The notes under the pieces: model-generated
What the model was told of the DNA's origin: nothing
The model's database searches: none
Seen by the model: only the letters and a program-made list of their open reading frames with translations
Shown here: positions 1-13,600 of the stretch, one piece after another
Layout: every line of letters starts with the position of its first letter
Numbering within the stretch: position 1 is the first letter of the stretch
Position numbers and translations under genes: made by a program
NCBI GenBank assembly: GCA_030141605.1
Contig: JAQGDQ010000614.1
Location: 62,001-126,000, forward strand
Reading direction: 5' to 3'
Source of the DNA: Tubiluchus corallicola
Lineage: Eukaryota > Animalia > Priapulida
DNA: 64,000 nt

Positions 1-857
1 TTAATGATCTAGAGTCTGGAGTCTAATAGAATAACTGTTGGTATATGTATGTATAGGTAGTATTTAATTTCATAAAGCTGAACTTCCTAAAGATGAACGC
101 CAGCTTGACTAATCTCAGTGATTACCAATGCATCATATGTATGCATTAGTTGTGAATAGAACCTGTCGTTATTTCCTTATGTTAATGAACTGAGTGTCTT
201 ACAATTGACCAGATGATACAGATTTTGTTTGTGATTGACTCCTGTCATGTCTTCTAGACTTGTGACCAGTGTAAACCACATACTCATTCTTTTGTCAAAT
301 GTGTATCACAAACAAGGAAAACAATAGTGGATTAAAAGTATGTATTTTTAAAATTCTGATGAAAGCCTGCTTATGCAAAAGATTTTGGTATTACTGTACA
401 TGTGAATGATTTTCGGTCTGGATCTATTTTATTGCATTCCCTGTTTTACACCAATCGAGCATGCTCATTATATCACATCTATTTCTCTTATTGAACAAAA
501 CTAGACAGACTGAAGTATTTTAGTCAAACGACAACTGAAAAGTTGTAACTTTATTCAGGTAATGCGGAACAGATTATGGAATGTTCATGTAGTGTTTTGT
601 TGTCAGAGAACTACATTACTTAACAACTGTGTAAGCATTTATTTAACATTTTAAGAAATACAAATATTGGTATACAGTTCTGGATTTCATAGAAATAAAT
701 GGTACTAGAAAGCAGAAAGAAGTGGACTATGATAATGTTGTAACAAAAGTATGTGTCCAGAAACATATTGTTTCTAAATTCATTTCTCACCTATATGCTA
801 AAATTTGTGTGCTGGAATTTTAAATGCACTGTCATTTGTAAACATTTTTTTGTGTAG

Positions 858-1001
858 CCTCACGAGCAAAGATGTCAGCCACAAGTGCCATCTCTAAGAT
901 TCGTGGCTCCTCAAAGTACATGCCTTATCCACAACCAGAGGGTGTTTTAGGAGAATCTATGCTGAAGTATAGCAAAGAACTGAGCGACGACTCCCCATTT
1001 G
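858..1001 (+). CDS. EndoA: Endophilin A exon (BAR): ASRAKMSATSAISKIRGSSKYMPYPQPEGVLGESMLKYSKELSDDSPFG
   Basis: tgtgtag| acceptor, G|gtatgt donor, 144 bp, phase 1-1; not in the ORF track. Confidence 0.93.
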
Positions 1002-1482
1002 GTATGTATTTCTGGCTTTTACTGTTGCATGAACTATAGGGCTGCCTTGTTGCTGATCACCGATAAATGCCATAGTACACCAACGTTTAAATTACTTATT
1101 TTATATGGCTTACATGTCCATTGTACACATTTTTTTAAATATTATGAGGATTGAATTAATTTGTAATTGTTAATTATATTCTGTTTAATTATATACTTGT
1201 TAAAAATTGATTACTTGCTTCGAAATATGTACTTGTGAGACTCAGTGTTTCCCAATTTAGCCACTTAAATAATAAAATGTTAATCATATAAACATTTTAC
1301 TAGAAGTTGCTGCTTGGAATGTTATTATAGCTTCTAGAGGATTTGCAAGATGCATGTGTGAAGGGAAGGGTTGGATAAAGGGGTTAATTTCATTTTACCT
1401 TGACAGTGTGTCTCTCAGTAGTGAAGTCATACCAGTGCTTTAGTTTATTTTCCTCATGGTAATTTTTGAAATTTGTTTGCAG

Positions 1483-1616
1483 GAAATGCTCTAAGCGAGG
1501 TTGGAGAAGCGATGAAACAGCTTGCTGACATTAAGTATGCCCTAGAGGATAATGTTAAGCAGAATTTCCTAGAGCCATTACATCAGTTGCAAACTAAGGA
1601 GCTAAAGGAAGTAATG
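1483..1616 (+). CDS. EndoA: Endophilin A exon (BAR): [44 protein letters not shown]
   Basis: ttgcag| acceptor, ATG|gtgagt donor, 134 bp. Confidence 0.95.
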
Positions 1617-1658
1617 GTGAGTACGAAATTTTTAATGAGATATAATCTAAATTTAGTT

Positions 1659-2656
1659 CACTGCAAAAAAAGTTCATTTAGCAACGTTAGGCCATAGTTC
1701 TACTGTGTCTACACCAACATGCCATAATAGGGTTTTCTGTCCGCACGTTTTACGTCCGCAAAGGTTATTACCATCACATCCGTAGACATGAGACTTTCTG
1801 CGAGAAAGAAGCATTTATTTAGTTTTAGTAGTTAAAGAAAGGTCAAATGAACAATACGACAAGTGACAATATCGATTTTGTTTTCACTCAGTTTTCGAAA
1901 ACCATGAACATTGCAACAAACTATAATGGATGAAGAATAGTGACTGTTTTTTTAAGAATGCAACCTGCAACAACTTTTCGAACTTTACTTGATTTGCAAA
2001 TTTTGCGCATTCACATATTGCAACTTTTTGCATCTCCTGTAATATTTACTTTGATTCGTTGAAATAAAAAGCAGCTTTTTATGTTATACCACTGATGATA
2101 CATTGTCTCATAATTTTCTCCTTTGTAACTATGCCTGCAACATAATTTTGATATAGTGCAATAGGCCTATAGGTTTTGCAATTGCAATAAATCAACTGGA
2201 CAAGGCCGAATTCTGCAACAGTGGTACGTGCAAATATTTATCGTAAATTTGGCAAAACACATGAATCAGACCCAAGTTTACAGAAACGTTAAAAAAGGTA
2301 AAATTAATATCAAAAACTAAATATTCTTTGTTCATCATTGATCTTAAAAGCTGTTTCAACCTGCAGTTGTCTTGTAAAATCCCTGTGTCAGTTTTTAAGA
2401 CCAGTTTGTCACAGAGGGAATATTCAAAGTCTACAGCTTGTGTAGAAATGTTTTTTCGCTTTCACAGAAAAAAGGTATGGCGATTAAATTGCAGATCCAT
2501 GTGTGTACACGGCTTTCCGTGTGGACGCCATGGAAACAACTACCACGGAAAACATTTGTTTGCAAAGGTGTGCTATTGCTTCAATTTTTTCAATGAGAGT
2601 TATACAGAAAAATTCCATGTCTGTGAGAAAATACAATGTTTTGCAAAACATCAGTG
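1659..2656. mobile_element. Possible decayed CACTG-ended (CMC/EnSpm-like) non-autonomous element
   Basis: TT-CACTG...CAGTG-TT ends, with patchy internal inverted similarity (1695-1815 vs 2445-2550). Confidence 0.3.
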
Positions 2657-5600
2657 TTAGTAAGTTATTAACCGTTATCATTTGATTAGTTATTTCATTG
2701 TATTGTACTAATTGTAATGCTGTGCAGTGATCTTGTAACGATTTTCAAACAAGTAATGAACACAATTTAATCTCGCAATATAAAACTGACTGTATTAACT
2801 TGAAGTGAGTTAGTGTGTATTAAAGCAAGGGGAAAGTAAAAAAGCAGCATTTTAGTCCTTTAGTTGATGTTCCTAATGACTCGTACATATTTGTGTCACT
2901 ACTGTAGCTACAAGGTATGCTAATAAGTTTTCCTTTAGAAGGGGTTGGCAAATACAAATTTTGCTTAATGGACTATAAGACATAAGTTATTCTCTTTGTG
3001 CACAAGTTGAAAGCCGAAGTGGACGTCATGTGATCTGACGTGTGTTCTGTTATATGGGCTCATAAATAATTTTCTTCTAAACTTAATAATAAAACATGTT
3101 GTTAACGGTAGTGAACAGATTATTGCTGCAGATTGTTGCATTATTGTTGCCGAGCAGCTGTGATTAAGCAATTTATTGTAGTCATGTGAAATATAATTTA
3201 TAACTTGAAAATCACATTTTACTGCTGTGCTATGGTGGTGTCAATATTTCTCTCCTTTAACTCCTGCACATTTCTAATTTACATAATTTTTTGTTAGGCA
3301 AATTTAATTTATTCGTCTAATCGTCTCATGTACACCAGTACATTTAATTACCTTATAGTAATTAGTTTAACAACTGTTTATGATGTCTTGTTCGCTATCA
3401 TGGAGCTTCATTTCATGTGCAAAACTTTACTGGTTACAGAGACCCTAGTTAACAATTTACATTTGTCATTTTCAACTTGCTGTTAAGGGTGCAAAATTAG
3501 GAAAGTCTCTAGGCCTTCATTATGAGGTTCAATAGTGATTGGTTTTGGTACATTTCATTAAAACCCTAAGACGCTACGCCTCTTGTAACAAGGAAATAAA
3601 TTTTTCCTTATTTTACAAACACAATATATAAAAGATTCTCAACTTTCTGGAAGCAAACAACTCATTTAAAATTATCAAAACTTTGCACCAAATGCAAGAT
3701 TGACTCACGAAAGGAAACTTGGGATGCTTTTTAATTCCACAATTACCAACAATCGATCAGCCACAAACATACAACATTTAATTTCCAATTTCTACAATTC
3801 TTATTGTACAATACTAATTCTTACATTACTGTGCACGTTTATACATTACACGATGTATAAAATGAGTTCTGGTATTTTAGGATACATTGTCAATTCCACA
3901 TCTCGCACATAATTTCCACTCACTGTACTTATACGAGTGATTCGTCCCATTTGGCAGGTTGGCTGTGATTCAGTGATACGAAGACATCAGATTCCACGGA
4001 ACATTAACTACAGCCTAATTGCTATGCCTATTGATATAGGGAAACGGATGTGGGTCTGGCTTTAGTTGATAGCTTGGCAATGTGAGAGTGAGTCGTATTG
4101 ATTCAAACTGTCCGAGGATCATATATTATTTACGGCTGCTGCTCAAATTTGTGATATTAGCTGACCAAAATTTGATGCTCATCTGACCAATAGAGAAAAC
4201 CTTAATTAATCTTCACAGGTCGATTTGTACGACCTTTATTTGCCCTCCATTTATTTGAATCTTCGGGTTGTGGCAAGCTCTCTAAGTTTGTGTGATAATT
4301 ATTGAACAAGTGCAAGGTTACAGTTTCATGGTCATACTTTGGCAGAGTTTATTGATCTGAAACTCAAAACATATTTAAACATTTCGTAGTTGCTATATTT
4401 CTAGTTTTTAATCAACAACATATATCTAATAAACAACGGTACTGTACAGCAGTGCACTTACGAATTGTTGTGGCCCATTTTTGGCATTATGACTTTGCAC
4501 CATTACCACATATAAAACATACAATAATAAATAGTCTTACAGATTTGAGGACTGCTGTGATTATAATTTGAGCCAATTTCTGAATTGTAGCTTAAATGTG
4601 TTTTTTAACAATTCGGAATGTGATTGGGCTTTTTGGCTTAGAACAATCAGCATCATTTGAGCCATTTATTGTGCAAAAAATCTAAAAATATGAAATTTTT
4701 TACTGAACTTGCATTTAGTGTTCATACTGTAATAAAAAACAGTAAGGCTAGTAGTTCAGTTGTCAATCAGGCTGACTTTCCTTTGTAAAATTAATGTGAA
4801 AGAAGCCTAATCCAATTCAATTAAATTTATGCAAGAGCAAGAACTAACTTTACGGCTGTTATAATAAGCAATTTCTGTCCTGGACATGCACTGTAAGTCC
4901 CTGTGCACCGGTGGTCTGACAATTAGCATTGCATACAACTTTGCCAACCAATTGCTGATATTTGCCATCAGGCAGCTGTACAAGACTGTAGGGATTTATA
5001 CTGCCTGCATTATTGATTGCCAAGGATTTGAGAGTTCCAATTCACTTCCAAAGCTTTGTGAGCAGAGAAGCCTCCTTTGGTTTGAAGGCGTGCTGCTAGG
5101 AAACAGAATGTGGTGTCCCCATCTGTTGAGAGCTTCTTTTAATCCTATGTTTTTTCCAAAATTTATTTATGCAAGTGAGCTTTTATTTTAATCATATAAT
5201 CATGTTAATTCAGATTCTGTTCGTCAATGGTTTAATAAATATTGGCATTTGCAAAATTGCACGGAAAATAAATAATCGCTGCAATAGAGGAAAACACAGG
5301 CCATGTAATATTGCTTAAATTATAATGTAGCATATTAATTATTTTGTGTGTAACTGCACAAGCAAATAAAGAAAGTATTGTTACATGTCTTGATGAAATT
5401 GAGATGCCTTAAATATACATGGCATATGTGAATGGTATGTAATTAAATCATTAATTTATGTCCCAGCTTACATGCCTTATTAAATAGTGAATACATTGGA
5501 AAAGCTTAGAAGTAAAATAAGTTTATTGTTGCTGTAAGTGCATATACTCTTTCAGCAACTAATTCCGCATTATTCAACTTTCGTTATTGCCTAGGGCCAT

Positions 5601-6032
5601 GTAATCTGCGTTTCTCATTCAAGCTGGAATTTATGCTACTGTTGAAGCTATTATATTTATTAAATTTTACATTGTAATGCTTAAACTACTTCCTGTGCTA
5701 ACTGACGCTCAGTGTGTTTTACAACTTTTCTGTATACTCTGCAGAAATCTATGCCCAATTTGCTCTTCCACACGTGCATGTGAGTTGCAAAGAAAAATTT
5801 TGTTTCGTCAAAAGGAAAATTTTATTCCTTACTTCTGAGTTTTTAACATTTTATTCAGTTCATCTATATAACATTTTATGTTTGTGCTTTCATATGTGTT
5901 TGATTGGTCCCTTTACAGCTTGGAAGACTCCACCTCAGCTTTTTGCATGCTTTCCTTGCAATTTTCAAGCAATAATTTTATGAAGTAGCTGCAAAATAGG
6001 AGATAAAGTTTTTTGCTTACAGAACCCTCTGG

Positions 6033-6086
6033 TACAACCATAAAACCTTTAACTTTTGTTACAACCATAAAACCTTTGACTTTTGT
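6033..6086 (+). repeat. 27-bp tandem duplication
   Basis: TACAACCATAAAACCTTT(A/G)ACTTTTGT x2. Confidence 0.85.
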
Positions 6087-6348
6087 TTAACGTTCCTACA
6101 TAGTTACCCATTCTTTGCCATATACTATTTCCAATAAATCATCATACACTTATACCAAAGCATCGCATATACACAAACATCAAAATATTGCATTGCAAAG
6201 TGCTCTGCCTATTTTCCAAAAATTACATTTAGATTAGGTAAAATCTAGATTAACACAATCTTATAAGTAGTGTTCATTGTACTATTATAGCTTTCCACTG
6301 TTTAACTTAATTGTTAGTGATACCAGCACATTGCTTTATTTATTTCAG

Positions 6349-6415
6349 CATCACCGGAAGAAGCTGCAAGGGCGAAGGTTAGATTATGACTGCAAGCGGA
6401 GGAAGAAAGCTCACG
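6349..6415 (+). CDS. EndoA: Endophilin A exon (BAR): HHRKKLQGRRLDYDCKRRKKAHG
   Basis: tttcag| acceptor, G|gtaaac donor; signature RRLDYD motif. Confidence 0.95.
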
Positions 6416-7169
6416 GTAAACTGCCTGGTCTTATTATCATGTTTATTGTCACTTTTATCACTGTAATGTCATGCTTTTGTTTCTTCAAGTGATACGTAGT
6501 GATTCAAACTGGTCATCATTCCTTAATATCAACTAAGGATTCCTAAACTGGTCAACTAGATCAATTAACCCATCTTTTTAGTTATATGTATTATTAATAA
6601 TTCTGCATAAAGTTGGAAGCAAGTTTCAGTCCAGCTGAAAACTTAGTATCAGTTTCACTTTGTCAAAACTATTTTGGAATAATCATTCTTCGTCTATTTT
6701 AACCAAACAATGTAGTGTGTCTGCTGATTTCTGGTCACTTGCAATTTTTTGGGTGCGATATTTTTTTAGGGAGGTGCCCATCAATTGAAGTGCACTAAAC
6801 TGTACCAAGAGCCAACATACAGTTAAAACTGTTTCACAATTCTAAAGTTTTTTTAACGCCAAATGTCACTCATAACGACGTGTAATTTTTATTAAATTCG
6901 GCAATGCATTGTATATCATAACTTGTCTCCGTGTTTGATTGCTTATTTCACAGAATATTGGTAATCACTCAGTGTTTTCTAATATGGAGCAGGTGCTGAT
7001 GCTACCCCAACTCCTACACCAGTATAGGCCAGTTCACACTTCTTGTGTTCACTGTCAGGACTCTTGTCAATGTTGCTGTTTATTTTTTCATTATGTTTGT
7101 CATTTATTTGCGATGAAATTAATAGACTAATCAATGAATTAATGAAATTAATACTTGTGGTTTTTTCAG

Positions 7170-7270
7170 GCTCACATGTCACTGATGATGAGCTAAAAAC
7201 TGCAGAAGAGAAATTTGAAGAATCGTGGAACTTGGCTGAAGCTGCTATGATCAACTTGCTTGATAATGAT
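7170..7270 (+). CDS. EndoA: Endophilin A exon (BAR): [33 protein letters not shown]
   Basis: ttttcag| acceptor, GAT|gtatgc donor. Confidence 0.93.
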
Positions 7271-7415
7271 GTATGCAGATTACCTTTTAAGTTCTTTGAA
7301 GTACAAAATTAATTTCAGCAAACAGTGCAGTGTATATACATGATGATAGCTAAAACGTTGGTGTATGCTAAACCTAGACTACTCATATCTTGATTTTTGA
7401 ACTTGTCAGCTAATA

Positions 7416-7640
7416 CATAGATCGCAAGCGGCGTTTAGCCCTGCCCACACTGATGATGCAACACACGTTCTCACAAACGCTCGCTGCAAGTCCTTACAAA
7501 CATGGATAGCTCATCTGCCCAAATCTTTAGTTTAAAAATCTGTAGAAAAGAGCAAAGTTTCAAAAATGGCAGAAAGACAGCAGTTGTAAATAATGCATTT
7601 TTTTTATTGTAACATGTACTAGGACCGTTGGTACCGTCTT
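7416..7640 (+). repeat. Dispersed ~220-bp repeat, copy 1 (endophilin intron)
   Basis: ATAGATCGCAAGCGGCGTTTAGCCC.GCCCAC...AACACAC.TTCTCACAAAC.CTC...CTGCAAGTC is shared with 21236-21452. Confidence 0.75.
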
Positions 7641-7822
7641 AATTGTGAAAAAGTCAAGTAAATTCTTTGCAAACGTTTAGATAATATGTTTAGTTCATTG
7701 GCAATTGCTGTTAGTTAATACTTTAAACTTTATTTATTTAGATTACGTGTTTTCTAGGAAATATTTGTATCTCTGTTTTTATTTAAACCTGAAAGAATTA
7801 ATATTTAGTTTTTTGTCACCAG

Positions 7823-7926
7823 GTGGAGCAAATATCTCAGTTGGCTGCTCTGGCTCAGGCGCAATTGGATTATTACAGACAGTCAGCAGATGTTTTAGAA
7901 GGCCTTGTTGGTGTTTTGGAGCTAAA
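7823..7926 (+). CDS. EndoA: Endophilin A exon (end of BAR): VEQISQLAALAQAQLDYYRQSADVLEGLVGVLELK
   Basis: caccag| acceptor, AA|gtaagt donor, 104 bp. Confidence 0.93.
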
Positions 7927-8651
7927 GTAAGTGGTACTGTATACAGATCATGAAATACCACATAAGATCAAAAGCATGATTTACTATAAAATTTGTTTAG
8001 CGACACAGTTTTCGTGTGCTTGTGTTATTTAACTTTAATAACATAGTATGCTACTGCAAAATTACTTTGTTGATAAACGACATAAATTCTCTTTTTCATA
8101 TACTTAAAATGGTTATCAAATTTTATTGTTTAATTTTATTAGCAAAAATACAACTTATAAAAACTATAACTGTCTAAATCTGGGAAGCTCTCTATCCATT
8201 CCAAAATGGCATTCCACAGAATTGTAATGATGAATAGGATTCCTCAGTTTGTCATTATTAATCTGAATTATCAAGTGAAATCTAAAGTATTGCTCTAATT
8301 CACATTTAAATCCTGGGTTTTAAAATGTTGAGAAGAAAAGAATATATACTGCTGTAGAGAAAAGCAACTTAGCTGACAAAAAGCAAATTTGCTGACAACT
8401 TCTCCATTTTTTTCATGTCACCACATGGACAAATATGTTGCATCTTAGTCTCTCAGCTACCTTACGTCTCCTTTTATAAGATGCTAAGTAACATTCATTT
8501 TCTTTTTTTCAGTAGGAATTTTACGAGGTGATCTAATTAGCTGTTTTTGAAGTAACGTTTCTTTTTTGGAATGCCCTTTTTCTATTAAACGTTGCTTCTT
8601 GAACATAAATGTAAAGTGTGCACTTTGAATGCATGTACCCGTGTTCTGTAG

Positions 8652-8821
8652 GTTGGAAGAAACAAAGAACAGACCTCGTCGAGAACCTACTCTTCACGTT
8701 GTACCAAAAACCATTAGCATGTCTTCAACTTCAAATTCCTCCGATATATGGAACAACACAGACAAGGACACTAATCGAGCAAAGAGTCCATCATCATTGT
8801 TTGCTGATAATGCTTGGCCAG
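8652..8821 (+). CDS. EndoA: Endophilin A linker exon: LEETKNRPRREPTLHVVPK...FADNAWP
   Basis: ctgtag| acceptor, G|gtataa donor, phase 2-1 fits both neighbours. Confidence 0.85.
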
Positions 8822-9666
8822 GTATAAGGAGCTTATTCTTTATTGTTATTCCCATTGTTCTCCTTTATTATTATCATGGTCATCATTTTTATCATCATCA
8901 TCATCATTTCTATTATTATTGTTATTGTTTGCTCAAGTTGGTTGTCTGAAATATGCTGGTCTACGACCAAGTTCCAAAGAACAAAGTCACCCAATACAGC
9001 CAGTTGTTGACTTGTGACCACATTTGGTTCCAACCGATCAGATGTAAGGCAATTTAAACATAAGTCGGATAATAAAGATACATGATCCTTAAGTCATATT
9101 TGCATAGGTCTTAAGTTGATGACTATCTGTATCTCTGAACTGTCAGAGAGCATTAAGTGCATTACATTCACACACATTCCTTTTGTTTAATTGTCGATTA
9201 TTGGTATGAAGTATTTCATAAATCAATCACTTAGAGAGTTTTATGTTTAGTAGTATCATGAAAAATTATTTCTGGCAATGTCTTTTTTCATGTACATTAC
9301 AGTATGATATTTAGCTAATTTGTTGACTTCTCTGTACATACCAGTGTATCAGTATTTTGCAGACTTGTATATCATTTAGCTATGCTAAGTTTATGCAGTT
9401 TATGCAAAAAGACATTATTATTGAGCCAGCAGAACTATTGAAATTATTGTTTGGAAAAGCAATAGTAAGTGGCATTGCTTAGTTAAGTTAAAGCAGCATG
9501 CAAATAATTATTTAATGGCACTAAAGGCTATATTGATATAAAATGAAACTATTTTAATACTTTTTCTTTTGTCAAATGTCATCCTGACCTAGGTGATACC
9601 CTGATAGCAATTACAATGTGCATAATGTGTCTCAACTGTTTTCTGTACATTTTCATTGTTTACCAG

Positions 9667-9744
9667 GTGATGATAACATGTCAGCGTGGCCTGTGGACAA
9701 TACTGCTAGCACTCAAAGTAGCAGGTTTACTCCAACAAAAGCGC
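9667..9744 (+). CDS. EndoA: Endophilin A linker exon (78 bp, symmetric, possibly a cassette): DDNMSAWPVDNTASTQSSRFTPTKA
   Basis: taccag| acceptor, C|gtaagt donor, phase 1-1, open frame. Confidence 0.75.
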
Positions 9745-10390
9745 GTAAGTGCGATACTCCCTTTTTCAGAAATATGCGTGGTCTTAATGTCCATTTTATT
9801 TGTACATTGAGTTAAAAATGGACACTATGTTACATTTAATGCATGATACGGTGAATGCAAGTAATTGAAGATGATCAAAACATACGAGCAGTACCTAAAA
9901 AATTATGGAATTTTACAAGTAAAACTTATTTAATTTTAGTCTGAACAGCTGAAACAAAGGTTGTATTTTGAACTTTCTTATTTTTGTCAAATTTATGCAG
10001 TGTTGACACTTGTAGTATGTAAAATTAATGTAAAAATCCTAAACATTGTAGTGAAGAACTCATCAAGGGAATAAATGAGCAAATAAGAAAAGAAACAGTA
10101 AGGTGAACCACTATTAGCGGCTATCAAGCGTGCTTGCCTTAAGCAACACAATTTTGAATAGATTATTTATGAAAGAAAAAGAAAAGAAAATACAATATAT
10201 TACAAAATGTCAAATTGTAGTCTTATTGTATCAATGATGAATTGGTTCATATAGTGGGGAAACCTAGTCGACAATGTTCTTGAGATTGAAATGTGATGTG
10301 ACACAGCAGTTTCTAATGCAAACAGCATTCGCAAAAATTTAAAAGGATAAATATCCGTATGGTAACTTACTTGGCTTTTGTTATTTGCAG

Positions 10391-10614
10391 CTTCTCCTAC
10401 CCCGACACGCCCGTGCTGTGAGGGTCTCTATGATTTTGAACCAGAAAATGAGGGCGAGCTGGGCTTCTCCGAGGGAGACATCATCATGTTGACTGAGCGA
10501 ATTGATGAAAACTGGTTTGAAGGAACCCTGAATGGCAAAACTGGCTTCTTTCCTGTCAACTATGTCAGAGTTATTGTGGATGTTCCCCCTAGTGCTAATT
10601 TTGCAAACTATTGA
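10391..10614 (+). CDS. EndoA: Endophilin A last exon, SH3 domain
   Basis: ttgcag| acceptor; [41 protein letters not shown]; TGA at 10612-10614. Confidence 0.96.
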
Positions 10615-13600
10615 AAGCACACATTTTACAGCTATGATACCATGTCAAATATGGATAATTAGTTGGTTGTCACAGCAAATGTTTGGCATATTAAATAGTT
10701 TAACCTAATAGTTAGTTCATGAGTTATAGTTGTAAATTATTTAAATTGTATATATAAGTGGTTTCAAAATGGTATAAAATTCCAAGTTGGGGTTTCTTAA
10801 ATAGTAACACAGCTATGGCAGTTTGCTGTTGACACTTATGCATAATACAGTTGCTAATACTGAATATTAAATTTGAAGCCATCTGTAGTTAAAAAGCTGC
10901 AGTGGTAGTTTGAAATATTTAGGTTAAGTACTCTCACTCACTGGTTGGTTCTGTTCCACTAAAATTTAATCTTGCACCTCTGCAGTAGCCACGTTAATCA
11001 AGAAACGTTTCGTTGTAACTATCACCTTTGTTTCTTTGGCAGTCTTCTTCCATTGTGTGCCACTTTTGGGATGCTTAGCAGCATATACAGTTAACCCTTT
11101 TTGTTACTGGTGCTTTTTGGATTATTTATTAGGTTTCGCATGTCAAGGAAATTCCAGCTACTAATGGAGATTGATAACTGTTTTATTTTTTGTGTTATGA
11201 GAGATTTTAGAATCATTTTACATTTTACTTTATAAGTTTAGGTTTTTGTGGCATTTATTTATTAGTACTCAGGTTTTCTTTGTAGAATTCTGCTGCTCAG
11301 GATTTAACTTAGTTGTACACTTTAACGTCTATTAATCTCTCCGCAAAATCTCTGTAATTACAAGATATTTGTGGTATTTAAGCTACAGTATTTATTTACG
11401 TAACTATTAAAATTTAACTTTCGAGTATGCCATTTTTATTGTGCTGTCAAGTTTGAGTGGATTTGCATTTTTACTTAATTTGTTGCTGTAAGTACTCAGT
11501 CATTGTATTTTTGTTGTAATCTAGTCATTATTTTATGAAAAACATTTACAAACAATTGTCATCAGACTTGTTGCTGATAATTAAGAACAACTAACAGACT
11601 TAATGCAAAATTAGATAGCAGGGTAAAAACAAAAGTGTAATCGTATTCTTGTGATATGGATTGGAGAAGTTTTTGTTTGATTTATCAGTGAGTGATTGCA
11701 ACTACTTAACGTAAAAGTCATTAAGTGTTATGTATATTGTAGTTAGACTAAGCAATAATAGGTTGTATTACCATTATTATTAATGTTATTATTGTATGAC
11801 TAACTACACATTTTCTTTTATCTCGATGTTGTGATATATTACTAAAAAAATGTAATATTAGTGTGTTCTCACAAAGAGCTCATTATACTTTGCTGTGTAT
11901 ATAAAAGTAATTTTGTTAAAATTATGAGTGTATAGAAGACTAGGTTTTGCAATTATATGCGAGAATATAATATGACAGTAATATGATAATATATAGCGAG
12001 AGCATAAAATAAGGAAAAGTATGCGAGCAAAAGCTTAAAGCAGCTATGTCTTTTGCATATTGCCACCTCGGATGTGTCTGGTTATGTTTGAATTATAACT
12101 GACAAAATACATGTGATCATTCTCATGAAATGCTGAATTTTGTTGTCGCTAATCACTTGCCATTTAACTTTGAGAAAGACTGAATGAGCACTGTTAACAA
12201 TAAATGAAGCAAACGTATAAAAATGGCTGTCATTGCTTAATGAGTGATGATAAATTACAGTACTTTTGCGCAGCGTCAAATTAAAATGAAGGATTTAGTT
12301 GGACTTACAGACTTTGTAAACCAGGAATTGTGACATGCTTGGTAACTGAGAGTAATTATTTATTAATAAATACTAAAATTGTGTAGTTAGGAGTAATGTA
12401 GGTTGCAAAGTAATTGGTTGTAAATTTTTTTGCTCTTTGTGTGTATGTGACTTATCTGTTATGTGTCGATTTTTAATAATTTGGTCATTGTTATTGTTTG
12501 TCTGTTAAAGTCCTAAAGATTTTAGTCAGATGTTTGTAAAAATAAGCACATTCTTTCAAATACTGAATCAAAATTGTCGATTGTTTAAAAAGCGTATTTG
12601 CACTTTTTTCTATGCTCCCAAGTTGTTGACTACATTCCAAAACCTTGGTTTAACAGTTTAACAGTCCACAGTTATTAGTCCTCTTTTTGTGTTGTATACT
12701 TGCCAGAATGTCATTAATCTTATTTTTAAGTAATTAGTGGTGGTAGTGTACACATTATTGTGCATGTATATATACATGCATTAATTACTTCACATATCTG
12801 AAGGTTATTGTTATTAAAACGTTAATTCTGCCATTACCACTAGGTCTATTTAAAACAACAGAGAAGTTATGTTTTAGAAGTAAGCTTAAGAAGTTCGCAT
12901 CAATTCTGTTTAACAATCCATTCGTGTTATGAGACTAGAGTTCACTCAACGCCTATAACTTGTTTATTTATTAGCCTTCAGATTATTAATTATTTAATTG
13001 CTACACAACTACACAAAGTTATTGGCTTAATGTATTGCAACGCGTTGAACGCAATTATGTAAAGATGCTTTACTGCATTTGTTTGCCTTGTTTTGCTCCT
13101 TTACTTTTAAGCTGTTTCACTAAAATAATATTTTTTGTGACGGTAGGTAGAGCCATGTGCCCACAATAGCAAAAGCACAAGAAATTTAAATTTTATTAGT
13201 ACCATCTTTTTGTGTTGTTTACCTGCCAGAATGTCAATCTCATTTTCAAGTGATTGATGGTTTAGTACATTTTTCTTACCTGTAATTAATATTAAAAAAT
13301 TGTTATTTAGTATGGAGAGTTTTGGTTACGCATGTCTTTACTCGAAACCTTTCCTTCATTATTTTGGTTTTTGAAGCGTCGGTATGGCTCTTGTGTGCAT
13401 TTGTATTATAGGTAAGAAGGAAATAATTATAAATTTAGGGAGTTCAAGAAGAAACAGTGAAGCAGAAACACGCTGATATGCTTACACCGGAATGCGTGAA
13501 AACCAAGTTATAAGGTGTTGAAATTGGAATTATGCAAATATAATGCCGTATAATTACATCAAAACAAAAGTCCCTGGTAACATTTCTTTGTGATTTGGTC

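Larger units (their letters stand above)
858..10614 (+). other. EndoA: Endophilin A gene span (5' exons lie upstream of the window); CDS join(858..1001,1483..1616,6349..6415,7170..7270,7823..7926,8652..8821,9667..9744,10391..10614)
   Basis: All introns are GT-AG and all phases agree. The spliced protein has N-BAR motifs ([54 protein letters not shown]) and a C-terminal SH3. Orthologous to vertebrate SH3GL1/2/3. Confidence 0.95.

Noticed and set aside
8226-8270. ATGATGA...CTGA C/D-box-like pair in an endophilin intron
   Set aside because: Only ~40 nt, too short for a C/D snoRNA, and I recognise no guide sequence
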